This document shows positions 35,087 to 43,902 of a stretch of DNA of 45,185 nucleotides, one piece after another. Made by a program: the position numbers and the translations under genes. Under the pieces are notes generated by a model that was not told the DNA's origin, did no database searches, and saw nothing but the letters and a program-made list of their open reading frames with translations. The stretch is from Escherichia phage LL11: the sequence record NC_048064.1; one strand, written 5' to 3'. The first letter of the stretch is position 1; each line of letters starts with the position of its first letter.

Positions 35087-36045
35087 TGAGTTACACATTC
35101 ACTGAACATACAGCGAATGGCACTCAAACTACTTTCCCCTTCCGGTTCGCTGGGAGAGACAAGGGGTACTTGAGGGCTTCTGATATTTTAGTTGAAGTAA
35201 GAAATGATGGCGTGTGGAACACAGTAAGTGGTTGGACACTTACAGGTACTAACCAGATAACCTTTAATGTACCGCCAGCGGCAAATACAAAACTTCGTAT
35301 CAGGCGCGTTGTAGAGAAAGAAGAACCTTACGCCGAGTTTGACCGTGGTGTAACCTTGGATATGAAATCTCTCAATAACTCCTTTATACATCTTTTGGAA
35401 GTATCTCAGGAGCTACTGGATGGTTTCTATCCAGATGGTTACTTTGTAAAGCAAGAGGTATCTTGGGGTGGACATAAGATTACTGATTTGGCTGATGGCA
35501 CAAATCCGGGAGATGCAGTAAATAAAGGACAGCTTGATTCCATCGACAAGAAGCATACAGATTGGAACGCCAAACAGGACATTGAGATTGCTGGTCTTAA
35601 AGCTGGTATGACTTCTGGTATTGCGCACAGAACTGTTCCTTGGTACACGATAGCCCAAGGTGGTGAGATTTCCGTAAAGCCCCCTTATGAATTTCAAGAT
35701 GCACTAGTTTTCCTTAATGGGGTATTACAGCACCAAATTGTAGGCGCATACTCTATAAGCAACAACACTATCACTTTCGCAGAGCCGCTTGTGGCTGGTA
35801 CAGAGGTGTATGTGTTGGTAGGTAGTCGTGTTGCTACATCTGAACCTAATATTCAGTTAGAGTTGAATTTTGACTTAGTAGAAGGCCAACAAGTAGTAAA
35901 GATTGGCTCTGCATTTAAGTATATTGAGGTTTATCTTGATGGACTATTACAACCTAAACTTACTTATCGGGTAGATGGTGACACTGTTACTTTCTCAGAG
36001 GGAGTGCCAGAATGCCGGATGACTGCTAAGATTATCACAGAATAA
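35086..36045 (+). CDS. tail fibre / tailspike adaptor protein (gp17 N-terminal domain-like)
   Basis: 319 aa; ATG 35086 overlapping the gp16-like stop; N-terminal region typical of T7 gp17-like tail attachment domains; no enzymatic domain. Confidence 0.75.
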   Translation: MSYTFTEHTANGTQTTFPFRFAGRDKGYLRASDILVEVRNDGVWNTVSGWTLTGTNQITFNVPPAANTKLRIRRVVEKEEPYAEFDRGVTLDMKSLNNSFIHLLEVSQELLDGFYPDGYFVKQEVSWGGHKITDLADGTNPGDAVNKGQLDSIDKKHTDWNAKQDIEIAGLKAGMTSGIAHRTVPWYTIAQGGEISVKPPYEFQDALVFLNGVLQHQIVGAYSISNNTITFAEPLVAGTEVYVLVGSRVATSEPNIQLELNFDLVEGQQVVKIGSAFKYIEVYLDGLLQPKLTYRVDGDTVTFSEGVPECRMTAKIITE

Positions 36046-36054
36046 GGAGGTGGG

Positions 36055-36249
36055 ATGATTAACTCCGAACTGGTAGATAGTGGTGTGAAGCTTGCGCCAC
36101 CTGCACTCGTATCAGGTGGGTACTTCCTCGGTATCAGTTGGGATAATTGGGTGTTAATAGCAACATTCATTTATACCGTGTTGCAAATTGGGGACTGGTT
36201 TTATAATAAGTTCAAGATTTGGAGGGAGAAGCGTGAGCGTACACAATAA
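36055..36249 (+). CDS. holin (T7 gp17.5-like, class II)
   Basis: 64 aa; one transmembrane helix WVLIATFIYTVLQIG and a charged C-terminus; pattern parallels T7 gp17.5 from memory. Confidence 0.7.
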   Translation: MINSELVDSGVKLAPPALVSGGYFLGISWDNWVLIATFIYTVLQIGDWFYNKFKIWREKRERTQ

Positions 36250-36532
36250 ACATGCAGCTACAGAGGATGAGGTTGGCATTCTGCATGGTGCTATTACCAA
36301 AATCTTCAATAAGAAAGCACAGGCAATACTGGACACTATAGAAGAAGACCCTGATGCAGCATTACATTTAGTGTCTGGTAAGGATATTGGTGCGATGTGT
36401 AAGTGGGTTCTTGATAACGGCATTACCGCCACACCTGCTGCACAGCAGGAAGAGTCCAAGTTATCTAAGCGCCTCAAGGCTATCAGAGAGGCATCCAGTG
36501 GTAAGATAATTCAATTCACTAAGGAGGGTTGA
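36233..36532 (+). CDS. terminase small subunit (gp18-like)
   Basis: GTG 36233 preceded by GGAGGGAG; about 99 aa; immediately upstream of the large terminase gene; no ATG available near the 5' end. Confidence 0.6.
   Translation: MSVHNKHAATEDEVGILHGAITKIFNKKAQAILDTIEEDPDAALHLVSGKDIGAMCKWVLDNGITATPAAQQEESKLSKRLKAIREASSGKIIQFTKEG
36324..36346 (+). promoter_or_regulatory. phage RNAP promoter inside the small terminase gene
   Basis: CAATACTGGACACTATAGAAGAA; positions -13 to +6 match consensus. Confidence 0.5.
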
Positions 36533-38430
36533 TGGCTAAGGCAAGAGAATCACAAGCAGAGGCTCTTGCCAGATGGGAGATGCTACAGGAGTTACAGCAG
36601 ACCTTTCCGTACACATCGGAAGGTTTGCTTCTCTTTGCAGACACAGTTATTCATAACTTGATTGCAGGCAACCCTCATCTGATTCGTATGCAGGCTGATA
36701 TCTTGAAGTTCCTATTCTACGGACACAAGTACCGCCTCATCGAAGCGCCTCGTGGTATCGCTAAGACAACACTATCAGCAATCTATACGGTATTCCGTAT
36801 TATTCATGAACCGCATAAGCGTATCATGGTTGTGTCCCAAAACGCCAAGCGAGCAGAGGAAATCGCAGGTTGGGTAGTTAAAATCTTCCGTGGCTTAGAC
36901 TTTCTTGAGTTTATGCTGCCGGATATCTACGCTGGGGACCGTGCATCCGTTAAGGCGTTTGAGATTCATTACACCCTACGTGGTAGTGATAAGTCTCCTT
37001 CTGTATCCTGTTACTCAATCGAAGCAGGTATGCAGGGTGCTCGTGCTGATATTATTCTAGCGGATGACGTAGAGTCGATGCAGAATGCTCGTACGGCAGC
37101 GGGCCGTGCCTTGCTTGAGGAACTGACTAAGGAGTTTGAATCTATCAACCAGTTTGGGGATATCATTTACCTTGGTACACCTCAGAACGTAAACTCTATC
37201 TACAACAACCTACCTGCTCGTGGTTACTCTGTTCGTATCTGGACTGCGCGTTACCCTTCAGTAGAGCAAGAGCAATGTTATGGCGACTTCCTTGCACCTA
37301 TGATTGTTCAAGATATGAAGGACAACCCAGCACTTCGCTCAGGGTACGGGTTGGATGGTAATAGTGGTGCACCTTGTGCCCCTGAAATGTATGATGATGA
37401 AGTCCTGATTGAGAAGGAAATCTCTCAGGGTGCTGCTAAGTTCCAGCTTCAGTTCATGCTTAACACTCGCATGATGGATGCTGACAGATACCCATTACGC
37501 CTGAACAATCTAATCTTCACCTCGTTTGGTACAGAGGAAGTCCCTGTGATGCCTACGTGGAGTAATGATTCCATAAACATCATTGGTGATGCACCTAAGT
37601 ATGGTAACAAGCCTACGGATTTCATGTACAGACCTGTAGCTCGCCCATACGAATGGGGTGCTGTCTCCCGCAAGATTATGTATATCGACCCTGCGGGTGG
37701 TGGTAAGAACGGAGATGAGACGGGTGTAGCCATCGTATTCCTGCACGGCACATTCATTTATGTGTATAAGTGCTTTGGTGTACCTGGCGGATACCGAGAG
37801 TCGTCCCTGAATCGCATTGTGCAGGCCGCAAAGCAGGCTGGTGTTAAAGAGGTATTCATTGAGAAGAACTTTGGTCATGGCGCGTTTGAGGCGGTAATTA
37901 AGCCGTACTTTGAACGAGAGTGGCCTGTAACTCTGGAAGAGGATTACGCCACCGGACAGAAAGAGTTGCGTATCATTGAGACGCTGGAGCCGCTCATGGC
38001 AGCCCATAGGCTTATCTTCAATGCAGAGATGGTGAAGTCAGACTTTGAGTCGGTACAGCACTATCCGCTTGAACTACGCATGTCCTACAGTCTTTTCAAT
38101 CAAATGTCGAACATAACGATTGAGAAGAACAGCCTCCGGCACGATGACCGCCTAGACGCCCTGTATGGCGCTATACGGCAATTAACTTCTCAGATAGACT
38201 ATGACGAGGTTACTCGAATTAATCGCCTCAGAGCGCAGGAGATGCGTGATTATATACAGGCGATGAATACACCTAGGCTTCGTCGGGCCATGCTGTACGG
38301 TGATTATGGTGATGAGCGAAGAACAACTAACACCTCTCTAGCGATGCAGCAGAGGGTTTACGGGCAGGACTACCGAAATAAATCGGCAAGCAGAAATACA
38401 CTTTCTGCAAGGATTTCAAGGACTTATTAA
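36532..38430 (+). CDS. terminase large subunit (gp19-like)
   Basis: 632 aa; ATPase N-terminal domain with Walker A-like APRGIAKT and nuclease C-terminal domain; AAGGAGG RBS. Confidence 0.93.
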   Translation: MAKARESQAEALARWEMLQELQQTFPYTSEGLLLFADTVIHNLIAGNPHLIRMQADILKFLFYGHKYRLIEAPRGIAKTTLSAIYTVFRIIHEPHKRIMVVSQNAKRAEEIAGWVVKIFRGLDFLEFMLPDIYAGDRASVKAFEIHYTLRGSDKSPSVSCYSIEAGMQGARADIILADDVESMQNARTAAGRALLEELTKEFESINQFGDIIYLGTPQNVNSIYNNLPARGYSVRIWTARYPSVEQEQCYGDFLAPMIVQDMKDNPALRSGYGLDGNSGAPCAPEMYDDEVLIEKEISQGAAKFQLQFMLNTRMMDADRYPLRLNNLIFTSFGTEEVPVMPTWSNDSINIIGDAPKYGNKPTDFMYRPVARPYEWGAVSRKIMYIDPAGGGKNGDETGVAIVFLHGTFIYVYKCFGVPGGYRESSLNRIVQAAKQAGVKEVFIEKNFGHGAFEAVIKPYFEREWPVTLEEDYATGQKELRIIETLEPLMAAHRLIFNAEMVKSDFESVQHYPLELRMSYSLFNQMSNITIEKNSLRHDDRLDALYGAIRQLTSQIDYDEVTRINRLRAQEMRDYIQAMNTPRLRRAMLYGDYGDERRTTNTSLAMQQRVYGQDYRNKSASRNTLSARISRTY

Positions 38431-38451
38431 TTACTGGACACTATAGAAGGA
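38429..38451 (+). promoter_or_regulatory. phage RNAP promoter overlapping the terminase stop
   Basis: AATTACTGGACACTATAGAAGGA. Confidence 0.75.
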
Positions 38452-38523
38452 AGGCCCAGATAATAAGAGAAAATAATAGGTAATATATAGGTTAACCTAG
38501 GTTATATAGGTATGCCTTAGTAT

Positions 38524-38543
38524 GGGTGTACTCCTGTACACCC
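38524..38543 (+). other. perfect hairpin GGGTGTAC-TCCT-GTACACCC in late leader
   Basis: 8-bp perfect stem with 4-nt loop, downstream of an AT-rich stretch that shares AGGTTATATAGGT with the origin-like region at 6042-6054. Confidence 0.4.
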
Positions 38544-38587
38544 TATTCCTTACTTCCTTACTATATTTACATAATAGGAGAGAGACA

Positions 38588-38866
38588 ATGGCTAATGATT
38601 ATAGTAGTCAACCATTAACAGGTAAGTCTAAGAGAAAGCAGGTACAACCTGTAAGTGAAGAACTAATGCTTCCGGTAATCCCAAAAGAGGAAGCTAGTAA
38701 GAAAATCAATGTTATTAATGATGCCACCAAATCAGGTAAACAGAAAGGGGCCATGGTGTGCCTTGAAGTGGAAGGTGGTGTATTGAAGATTGCTATCGCG
38801 GTTGATGGCAAAGAAGATTCAGAGTGGAAGTTAGTAACAGTGGAAACCCCTGTTACCCCAGTTTAA
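38588..38866 (+). CDS. hypothetical late protein, paralog A (92 aa)
   Basis: ATG 38588 with AGGAGAGAG RBS; shares the block SGKQKGAMV-LE and a C-terminal ...VTP... with the next ORF. Confidence 0.55.
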   Translation: MANDYSSQPLTGKSKRKQVQPVSEELMLPVIPKEEASKKINVINDATKSGKQKGAMVCLEVEGGVLKIAIAVDGKEDSEWKLVTVETPVTPV

Positions 38867-38883
38867 GAGAAGGAGGAGATTAC

Positions 38884-39171
38884 ATGGCTAAATATGGTGA
38901 AGGTTCTGTTACTGGTCAGGCTTTTCGAGTAAAAGCAGTACAAACTATTGCAACGGCAATCCCGATGCCTGTTGTTAAAGAAGCAGACCTTAAGAGAAAA
39001 GATCACCCTATCAACATCAAACACCTGTCAGGTAAGCAGAAAGGTGCAATGGTTGCTCTTGAGAAAGATGACACAACCATGCATATTGCTGTTGCACGTG
39101 GCAGTGAACCCACAGACTCATGGGATGTAACTGGTATGGAAGAGGCCGCTGTTACTCCAGCAGGGGAATAA
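38884..39171 (+). CDS. hypothetical late protein, paralog B (95 aa)
   Basis: ATG 38884 with AAGGAGGAG RBS; tandem paralog of 38588-38866. Confidence 0.55.
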   Translation: MAKYGEGSVTGQAFRVKAVQTIATAIPMPVVKEADLKRKDHPINIKHLSGKQKGAMVALEKDDTTMHIAVARGSEPTDSWDVTGMEEAAVTPAGE

Positions 39172-39173
39172 TA

Positions 39174-39518
39174 ATGCTTAATAAATACTTCAAGCGTAAA
39201 GAGTTTGCTTGCCGTTGTGGGTGCGGTACATCTACTGTTGATGCTGAATTACTACAGGTAGTCACAGATGTGCGTGAGCACTTTGGTTCTCCTGTAGTTA
39301 TCACATCGGGACATCGCTGTATTAAGCACAATGCCAATGTAGGTGGAGCTAAGAACTCCATGCATCTTACTGGTAAGGCTGCTGACATTAAAGTGTCTGG
39401 CATATTACCTTCTGAAGTGCATAAGTATCTTACTAGCAAATACCAAGGCAAGTATGGTATCGGTAAGTATAACTCCTTCACTCACATCGATGTACGGGAT
39501 GGTTGTGCGCGATGGTAA
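39174..39518 (+). CDS. peptidase M15-type zinc peptidase (putative endolysin)
   Basis: 114 aa; SGHRC...N, GGAKNSMHLTGKAADI and HID blocks match the zinc ligands of M15/VanY-like cell-wall peptidases; N-terminal CxCGCG motif. Confidence 0.75.
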   Translation: MLNKYFKRKEFACRCGCGTSTVDAELLQVVTDVREHFGSPVVITSGHRCIKHNANVGGAKNSMHLTGKAADIKVSGILPSEVHKYLTSKYQGKYGIGKYNSFTHIDVRDGCARW

Positions 39519-39626
39519 GATGTGTTGAATGATGTGAGCGTATGGTTGCCCAAGCTGCCGAGGATGGCAACTATGATGACTGGAAGAACTACTCTGACTT
39601 GTTAGCTCAATGGAAAGGGAGATGCA

Positions 39627-39776
39627 ATGAAAAAGCTGTTTAAGTCTAAGAAGGTTGTAGGTGCACTGGTTGCACTTGTTATTGCTCTTGTTTCTGTAGG
39701 TCTTGGTGTAGACCTTGGCTCTGGCACGGAATCCTCTGTGACAGATGTGGTCTGCCAAGTGATCACCTGTGAATAA
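39627..39776 (+). CDS. small membrane protein (49 aa), possible lysis accessory
   Basis: MKKLFKSKKVVGALVALVIALVSVGLGV... with one transmembrane helix; between endolysin and spanins. Confidence 0.4.
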   Translation: MKKLFKSKKVVGALVALVIALVSVGLGVDLGSGTESSVTDVVCQVITCE

Positions 39777-39990
39777 GTTTCTAGAAGTTCTGGCAGGTCT
39801 TATTGGCCTGCTTGTCTCTGCTAAGAAGAAACAAGAAGAGAAGGAGGCACAAAGTGAAGCGAATCATGTTAGTGACAACCCTTCTGATTGGTTCGCTGAC
39901 CACTTCCGGGTGTCAGCAGGCGTTACCAGAGAAAGCAATGGTGAAACCTCTGAGGCCGACGCTGACGGAAGTTTACGAGGTAGACGATAA
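39769..39990 (+). CDS. putative i-spanin (Rz-like)
   Basis: N-terminal transmembrane helix FLEVLAGLIGLLV followed by a charged periplasmic region; contains the start of an overlapping lipoprotein ORF in the +1 frame. Confidence 0.5.
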   Translation: MNKFLEVLAGLIGLLVSAKKKQEEKEAQSEANHVSDNPSDWFADHFRVSAGVTRESNGETSEADADGSLRGRR

Positions 39991-40063
39991 GGTCTGCTTT
40001 AGTAATCCTGACGCTACAAAACTTGGTTTGTACATTCTCTCGCTAGAACGCGGATACAATTAA
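39854..40063 (+). CDS. putative o-spanin (Rz1-like lipoprotein), overlapping the i-spanin
   Basis: GTG 39854 6 nt after AGGAGG; signal-like KRIMLVTTLLIGSLTTSG followed by Cys (lipobox-like); extends beyond the i-spanin stop. Confidence 0.5.
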   Translation: MKRIMLVTTLLIGSLTTSGCQQALPEKAMVKPLRPTLTEVYEVDDKVCFSNPDATKLGLYILSLERGYN

Positions 40064-40092
40064 TACATAGCTTTATGTATCAGTGTCTTATG

Positions 40093-40115
40093 ATTTACTG
40101 GACACTATAGAAGAG
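40093..40115 (+). promoter_or_regulatory. phage RNAP promoter for the tailspike genes (exact consensus)
   Basis: ATTTACTGGACACTATAGAAGAG followed by leader hairpin GCGCCGTTC-TTTT-GAGCGGC. Confidence 0.8.
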
Positions 40116-40194
40116 GTAAGATAGCGCCGTTCTTTTGAGCGGCCTATTACTAGCCAATCTTCATAGGGAGGGTTGGAAAGTAATAGGAGATAGC

Positions 40195-42093
40195 ATGGCT
40201 AAATTAACCAAACCTAATACTGAAGGAATCTTGCATAAAGGACAATCTTTGTATGAGTACCTTGATGCGAGAGTTTTAACATCAAAGCCGTTTGGTGCTG
40301 TAGGTGACGCCACTACTGATGATACTGTGGTTATAGCTGATTCATTAAACTCTCAGAAAGCTGTCACAGTCTCAGACGGTGTATTCTCTAGCTCTGGTAT
40401 TAATAGTAATTACTGTAACTTAGACGGCAGGGGTAGTGGCGTGCTAAGTCACCGTTCAAGTACAGGTAACTACTTAGTATTTAACAATCTACGTGCAGGT
40501 CGCTTAAGTAATATTACGGTAGAAAGTAATAAGGCGACTGATACAACTCAGGGACAGCAGGTCTCCCTTGCTGGTGGAAGTGATGTTACTGTAAGTGACG
40601 TTAACTTCTCAAACGTTAAAGGTACTGGTTTCAGTTTAATCGCATACCCTAATGATGCGCCACCGGATGGACTTATGATTAAAGGCATTCGAGGTAGCTA
40701 TTCCGGCTATGCTACTAATAAGGCAGCCGGATGCGTACTTGCTGACTCCTCAGTTAACTCCCTCATAGATAACGTCATTGCTAAGAACTACCCTCAGTTC
40801 GGAGCAGTAGAGTTGAAAGGTACAGCCAGTTACAACATAGTCAGTAATGTTATAGGGGCAGATTGCCAGCATGTAACTTACAACGGCACTGTAGGGTCAA
40901 TAGCTCCCTCTAATAACCTTATCAATGGGGTAGTGGCTAATAATCCTAAGTATGCAGCGGTTGTTGCAGGCAAAGGTAGTACGAACTTAATCTCAGACGT
41001 GCTCGTAGATTACTCAACTTCTGATGCGAGGCAGGCTCATGGTGTTACCGTAGAAGGGTCTGATAACGTCATAAATAATGTGCTTATGTCAGGGTGTGAT
41101 GGTACTAACTCTTTAGGACAAGGGCAGACTGCTATAATTGCACGCTTTATAGGTACAGCTAATAACAACTATGCGTCTGTATTTCCTAGCTACAGTGCTA
41201 CAGGTGTTATTACTTTCGAATCCGGCTCTACCCGTAACTTCGTAGAGGTAAAGCACCCGGGCAGGAGAAACGACCTTCTCAGCTCTGCTAGTACTATTGA
41301 CGGTGCAGCTACTATTGACGGCACTAATAATAGTAACGTAGTGCACGCACCTGCATTAGGGCAGTACATAGGTAGTATGTCAGGTAGGTTCGAATGGCGG
41401 ATTAAGTCCATGTCACTGCCTTCAGGCGTTCTTACTTCTGCTGATAAGTACAGAATGCTTGGGGATGGTGCTGTGTCATTAGCTGTAGGTGGAGGCACTT
41501 CTTCTCAAGTTCGCCTATTTACTTCTGATGGTACTTCTCGGACAGTGTCCCTCACCAACGGTAACGTGCGTCTTTCTACCAGTAGCACAGGCTATTTGCA
41601 GTTAGGTGCTGATGCAATGACCCCAGATAGTACTGGTACATACGCCTTAGGTTCCGCCAGTCGAGCATGGTCTGGCGGTTTTACTCAAGCAGCATTCACT
41701 GTTACCTCAGATGCTCGGTGTAAAACAGAACCTCTTACTATCTCAGATGCCTTACTGGATGCTTGGTCTGAAGTTGACTTTGTGCAGTTTCAGTATTTGG
41801 ATCGTGTTGAGGAGAAGGGTGCAGACTCAGCTAGATGGCACTTCGGTATCATCGCCCAGCGAGCTAAGGAGGCCTTCGAACGTCACGGTATAGATGCACA
41901 TCGCTATGGCTTCTTGTGCTTCGACAGTTGGGATGATGTATACGAGGAAGATGCCAATGGCTCTCGTAAACTGATTACACCAGCAGGTTCCCGCTACGGT
42001 ATTCGTTACGAGGAAGCACTGATATTAGAGGCTGCGTTGATGCGGCGGACTGTTAAGCGTATGCAGGAAGCACTAGCTTCCATGCCTAAGTAA
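40195..42093 (+). CDS. tailspike 1: beta-helix depolymerase with C-terminal intramolecular chaperone (peptidase S74-type) domain
   Basis: 632 aa from ATG 40195 (AGGAGA RBS); Ser/Thr/Gly/Asn-rich repetitive beta-helix middle; C-terminus SDARCK ... ARWHFGIIAQRAKEAFERHGIDAHRYGFLCFDSWDD matches the autoproteolytic chaperone module of endosialidase/K5-lyase-type tailspikes. Confidence 0.85.
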   Translation: MAKLTKPNTEGILHKGQSLYEYLDARVLTSKPFGAVGDATTDDTVVIADSLNSQKAVTVSDGVFSSSGINSNYCNLDGRGSGVLSHRSSTGNYLVFNNLRAGRLSNITVESNKATDTTQGQQVSLAGGSDVTVSDVNFSNVKGTGFSLIAYPNDAPPDGLMIKGIRGSYSGYATNKAAGCVLADSSVNSLIDNVIAKNYPQFGAVELKGTASYNIVSNVIGADCQHVTYNGTVGSIAPSNNLINGVVANNPKYAAVVAGKGSTNLISDVLVDYSTSDARQAHGVTVEGSDNVINNVLMSGCDGTNSLGQGQTAIIARFIGTANNNYASVFPSYSATGVITFESGSTRNFVEVKHPGRRNDLLSSASTIDGAATIDGTNNSNVVHAPALGQYIGSMSGRFEWRIKSMSLPSGVLTSADKYRMLGDGAVSLAVGGGTSSQVRLFTSDGTSRTVSLTNGNVRLSTSSTGYLQLGADAMTPDSTGTYALGSASRAWSGGFTQAAFTVTSDARCKTEPLTISDALLDAWSEVDFVQFQYLDRVEEKGADSARWHFGIIAQRAKEAFERHGIDAHRYGFLCFDSWDDVYEEDANGSRKLITPAGSRYGIRYEEALILEAALMRRTVKRMQEALASMPK

Positions 42094-42100
42094 GCAACAG

Positions 42101-42132
42101 GCAGTGCGTAAGCACTGCTTTTCACGCAACTT
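42101..42132 (+). terminator. rho-independent terminator between the two tailspike genes
   Basis: GCAGTGC-GTAA-GCACTGC stem-loop followed by TTTTCACGCAACTTTTCTT. Confidence 0.7.
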
Positions 42133-42178
42133 TTCTTAAAGGTTATCATGGTGGTAGCCTTTCAGAAAAGGAGGTTAC

Positions 42179-43891
42179 ATGCTTCAAAGATTAAGTGCTT
42201 ACTTGGTGAAGTACAAGAGTAAACTAACAGGTACTATTGAGCGCCTGCTATCTGATAAACTATCGGATACAATAGATGTTGCGGATTTTGGAGTTAATCC
42301 CTCTTCTAATGACAACAGGCGAGCCCTTCAAGCTGCATTCAATGCGGTCAGATTGCTAGGCGGTGGTACTGTATCAGTCACTAAAGCTGGCGAATATAAA
42401 CTCAGTGGCACTGTTGAGATATTTGCTAATACACACTTCAAGGTTGCTAAAGGTGTAACATTTGTACGTGACTACGAAACAGGAGATACGCTATTCAGAT
42501 TATCACAAGGGCAAGCTAGTAATGTAACAGTCAGTGGAGGTGTCTATGAAGGCAATGGTCACACTAAAGGGGATACACCTTTTGTAGTATTTGCATCTAC
42601 TAGTAATAATGATTTGAAGTTTGAAGGCATAACAGTTAACAATGTAGTGGACTACCACGCCATAGATTTAGCAGATTGGAACAACGTAGTTATTCGTGAT
42701 TGTAAATTCCTAGGGTTTAAGAATACAGGCAGTCGTAACTTCTCAGAGGCTATACAGTTAGACCCAGGTCTTATTACAGTTGGTCACTATGTACAGTCAA
42801 GCGGTATGCTGGTGGAGAATTGCTATGCTGGTCCAAACCCAGAATCCGGGTTTGGGGGTTATGGTGCACTAATCGGAAATCACGCCTCAGCTTATGGTGT
42901 ACAGGACAACAATATCCGTATCTTGAATTGCACTACAGATGGTGCTCTCTTTGCAGGTGTACGTGTATTTAACTGGAAAAACTGGACAGTACGTGGTTGC
43001 ACCTTTAGAAACTCTAATGCAAGGGGTGTTCATGTTACACCTGTCTCCTCTCAAACTAAACCGCAAGGGACTCGACAAGGTAGTGTTGTAGATTGTACTT
43101 TTGATGGCGTAAGAACACCAGTGCTAATTGCTGCACCATCTTGGCCTTTTACCGATATTAGTGACATTTGGCATGACCATATTGAAATTTCTAATAATAC
43201 TATGATCCTCACAGAGGATGTATCCTATGGTGTAGATGCAAGGTGGTGTAAGAATTTAATTGTAAAAGGTAATACAGGCTCTGGTGGCTTAGGGTTAATC
43301 GGTTTACGCTTTGGGACAAAATACCACATCGAAGGTAATACTTGGGAAAACGGAAGAGGTAGTGGGATTTGGTTAGGTGAGTCTGATGCTACTACATTCA
43401 TTGGTACTGGTTTATCAGGAGAAGGTATACTTAGTCGTAATATCTTCTCTAAATTAGGGCAATATGGTATTCATGTAAACTGCAAGGCTAGCGGTCTAGT
43501 GGTTAAAGCTAATAATATGAAGGAAGTATCTACCGCTGAAGCAGGTAGACACTTCATTAGTATAGACACAGGAGCTAACAACATCCTAGTAGAAGGTAAT
43601 ATTGGAGTAGATGGAGAGAGCCTTAACAAGCCAAGCCTTGGTATTCGTGTTACTTCTTCTTGCTCCAATATTAAACTAATTGGCAATGATTGCTATGGTA
43701 CGCAAGCACCTCAGAATAACCAAGGGGTCGGTTCTAGTACGGTGATTGTCTATGGACTAAATGGCAATCCTACAACTTTAGGTGTAGGTGCACCTGTCGG
43801 TTCTTTGGCAACGGATATTAATGGGTCTGGTGGTAGTACATTGTACATTAAAGAATCTGGTACATCTGCTCAAGGTTGGGTTGCAAAGTAG
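42179..43891 (+). CDS. tailspike 2: second beta-helix (pectate-lyase-fold-like) receptor-binding protein
   Basis: 570 aa; AAAAGGAGG RBS; repetitive Gly/Asn/Val/Thr-rich sequence with Asn ladders typical of right-handed beta-helix depolymerases; no C-terminal chaperone module. Confidence 0.8.
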   Translation: MLQRLSAYLVKYKSKLTGTIERLLSDKLSDTIDVADFGVNPSSNDNRRALQAAFNAVRLLGGGTVSVTKAGEYKLSGTVEIFANTHFKVAKGVTFVRDYETGDTLFRLSQGQASNVTVSGGVYEGNGHTKGDTPFVVFASTSNNDLKFEGITVNNVVDYHAIDLADWNNVVIRDCKFLGFKNTGSRNFSEAIQLDPGLITVGHYVQSSGMLVENCYAGPNPESGFGGYGALIGNHASAYGVQDNNIRILNCTTDGALFAGVRVFNWKNWTVRGCTFRNSNARGVHVTPVSSQTKPQGTRQGSVVDCTFDGVRTPVLIAAPSWPFTDISDIWHDHIEISNNTMILTEDVSYGVDARWCKNLIVKGNTGSGGLGLIGLRFGTKYHIEGNTWENGRGSGIWLGESDATTFIGTGLSGEGILSRNIFSKLGQYGIHVNCKASGLVVKANNMKEVSTAEAGRHFISIDTGANNILVEGNIGVDGESLNKPSLGIRVTSSCSNIKLIGNDCYGTQAPQNNQGVGSSTVIVYGLNGNPTTLGVGAPVGSLATDINGSGGSTLYIKESGTSAQGWVAK

Positions 43892-43902
43892 TAGGAGGTT
43901 GA

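Noticed and set aside
39542-39643. 33-aa ORF between the endolysin and the small membrane protein
   Set aside because: No convincing RBS and it overlaps the following ORF; too weak to call
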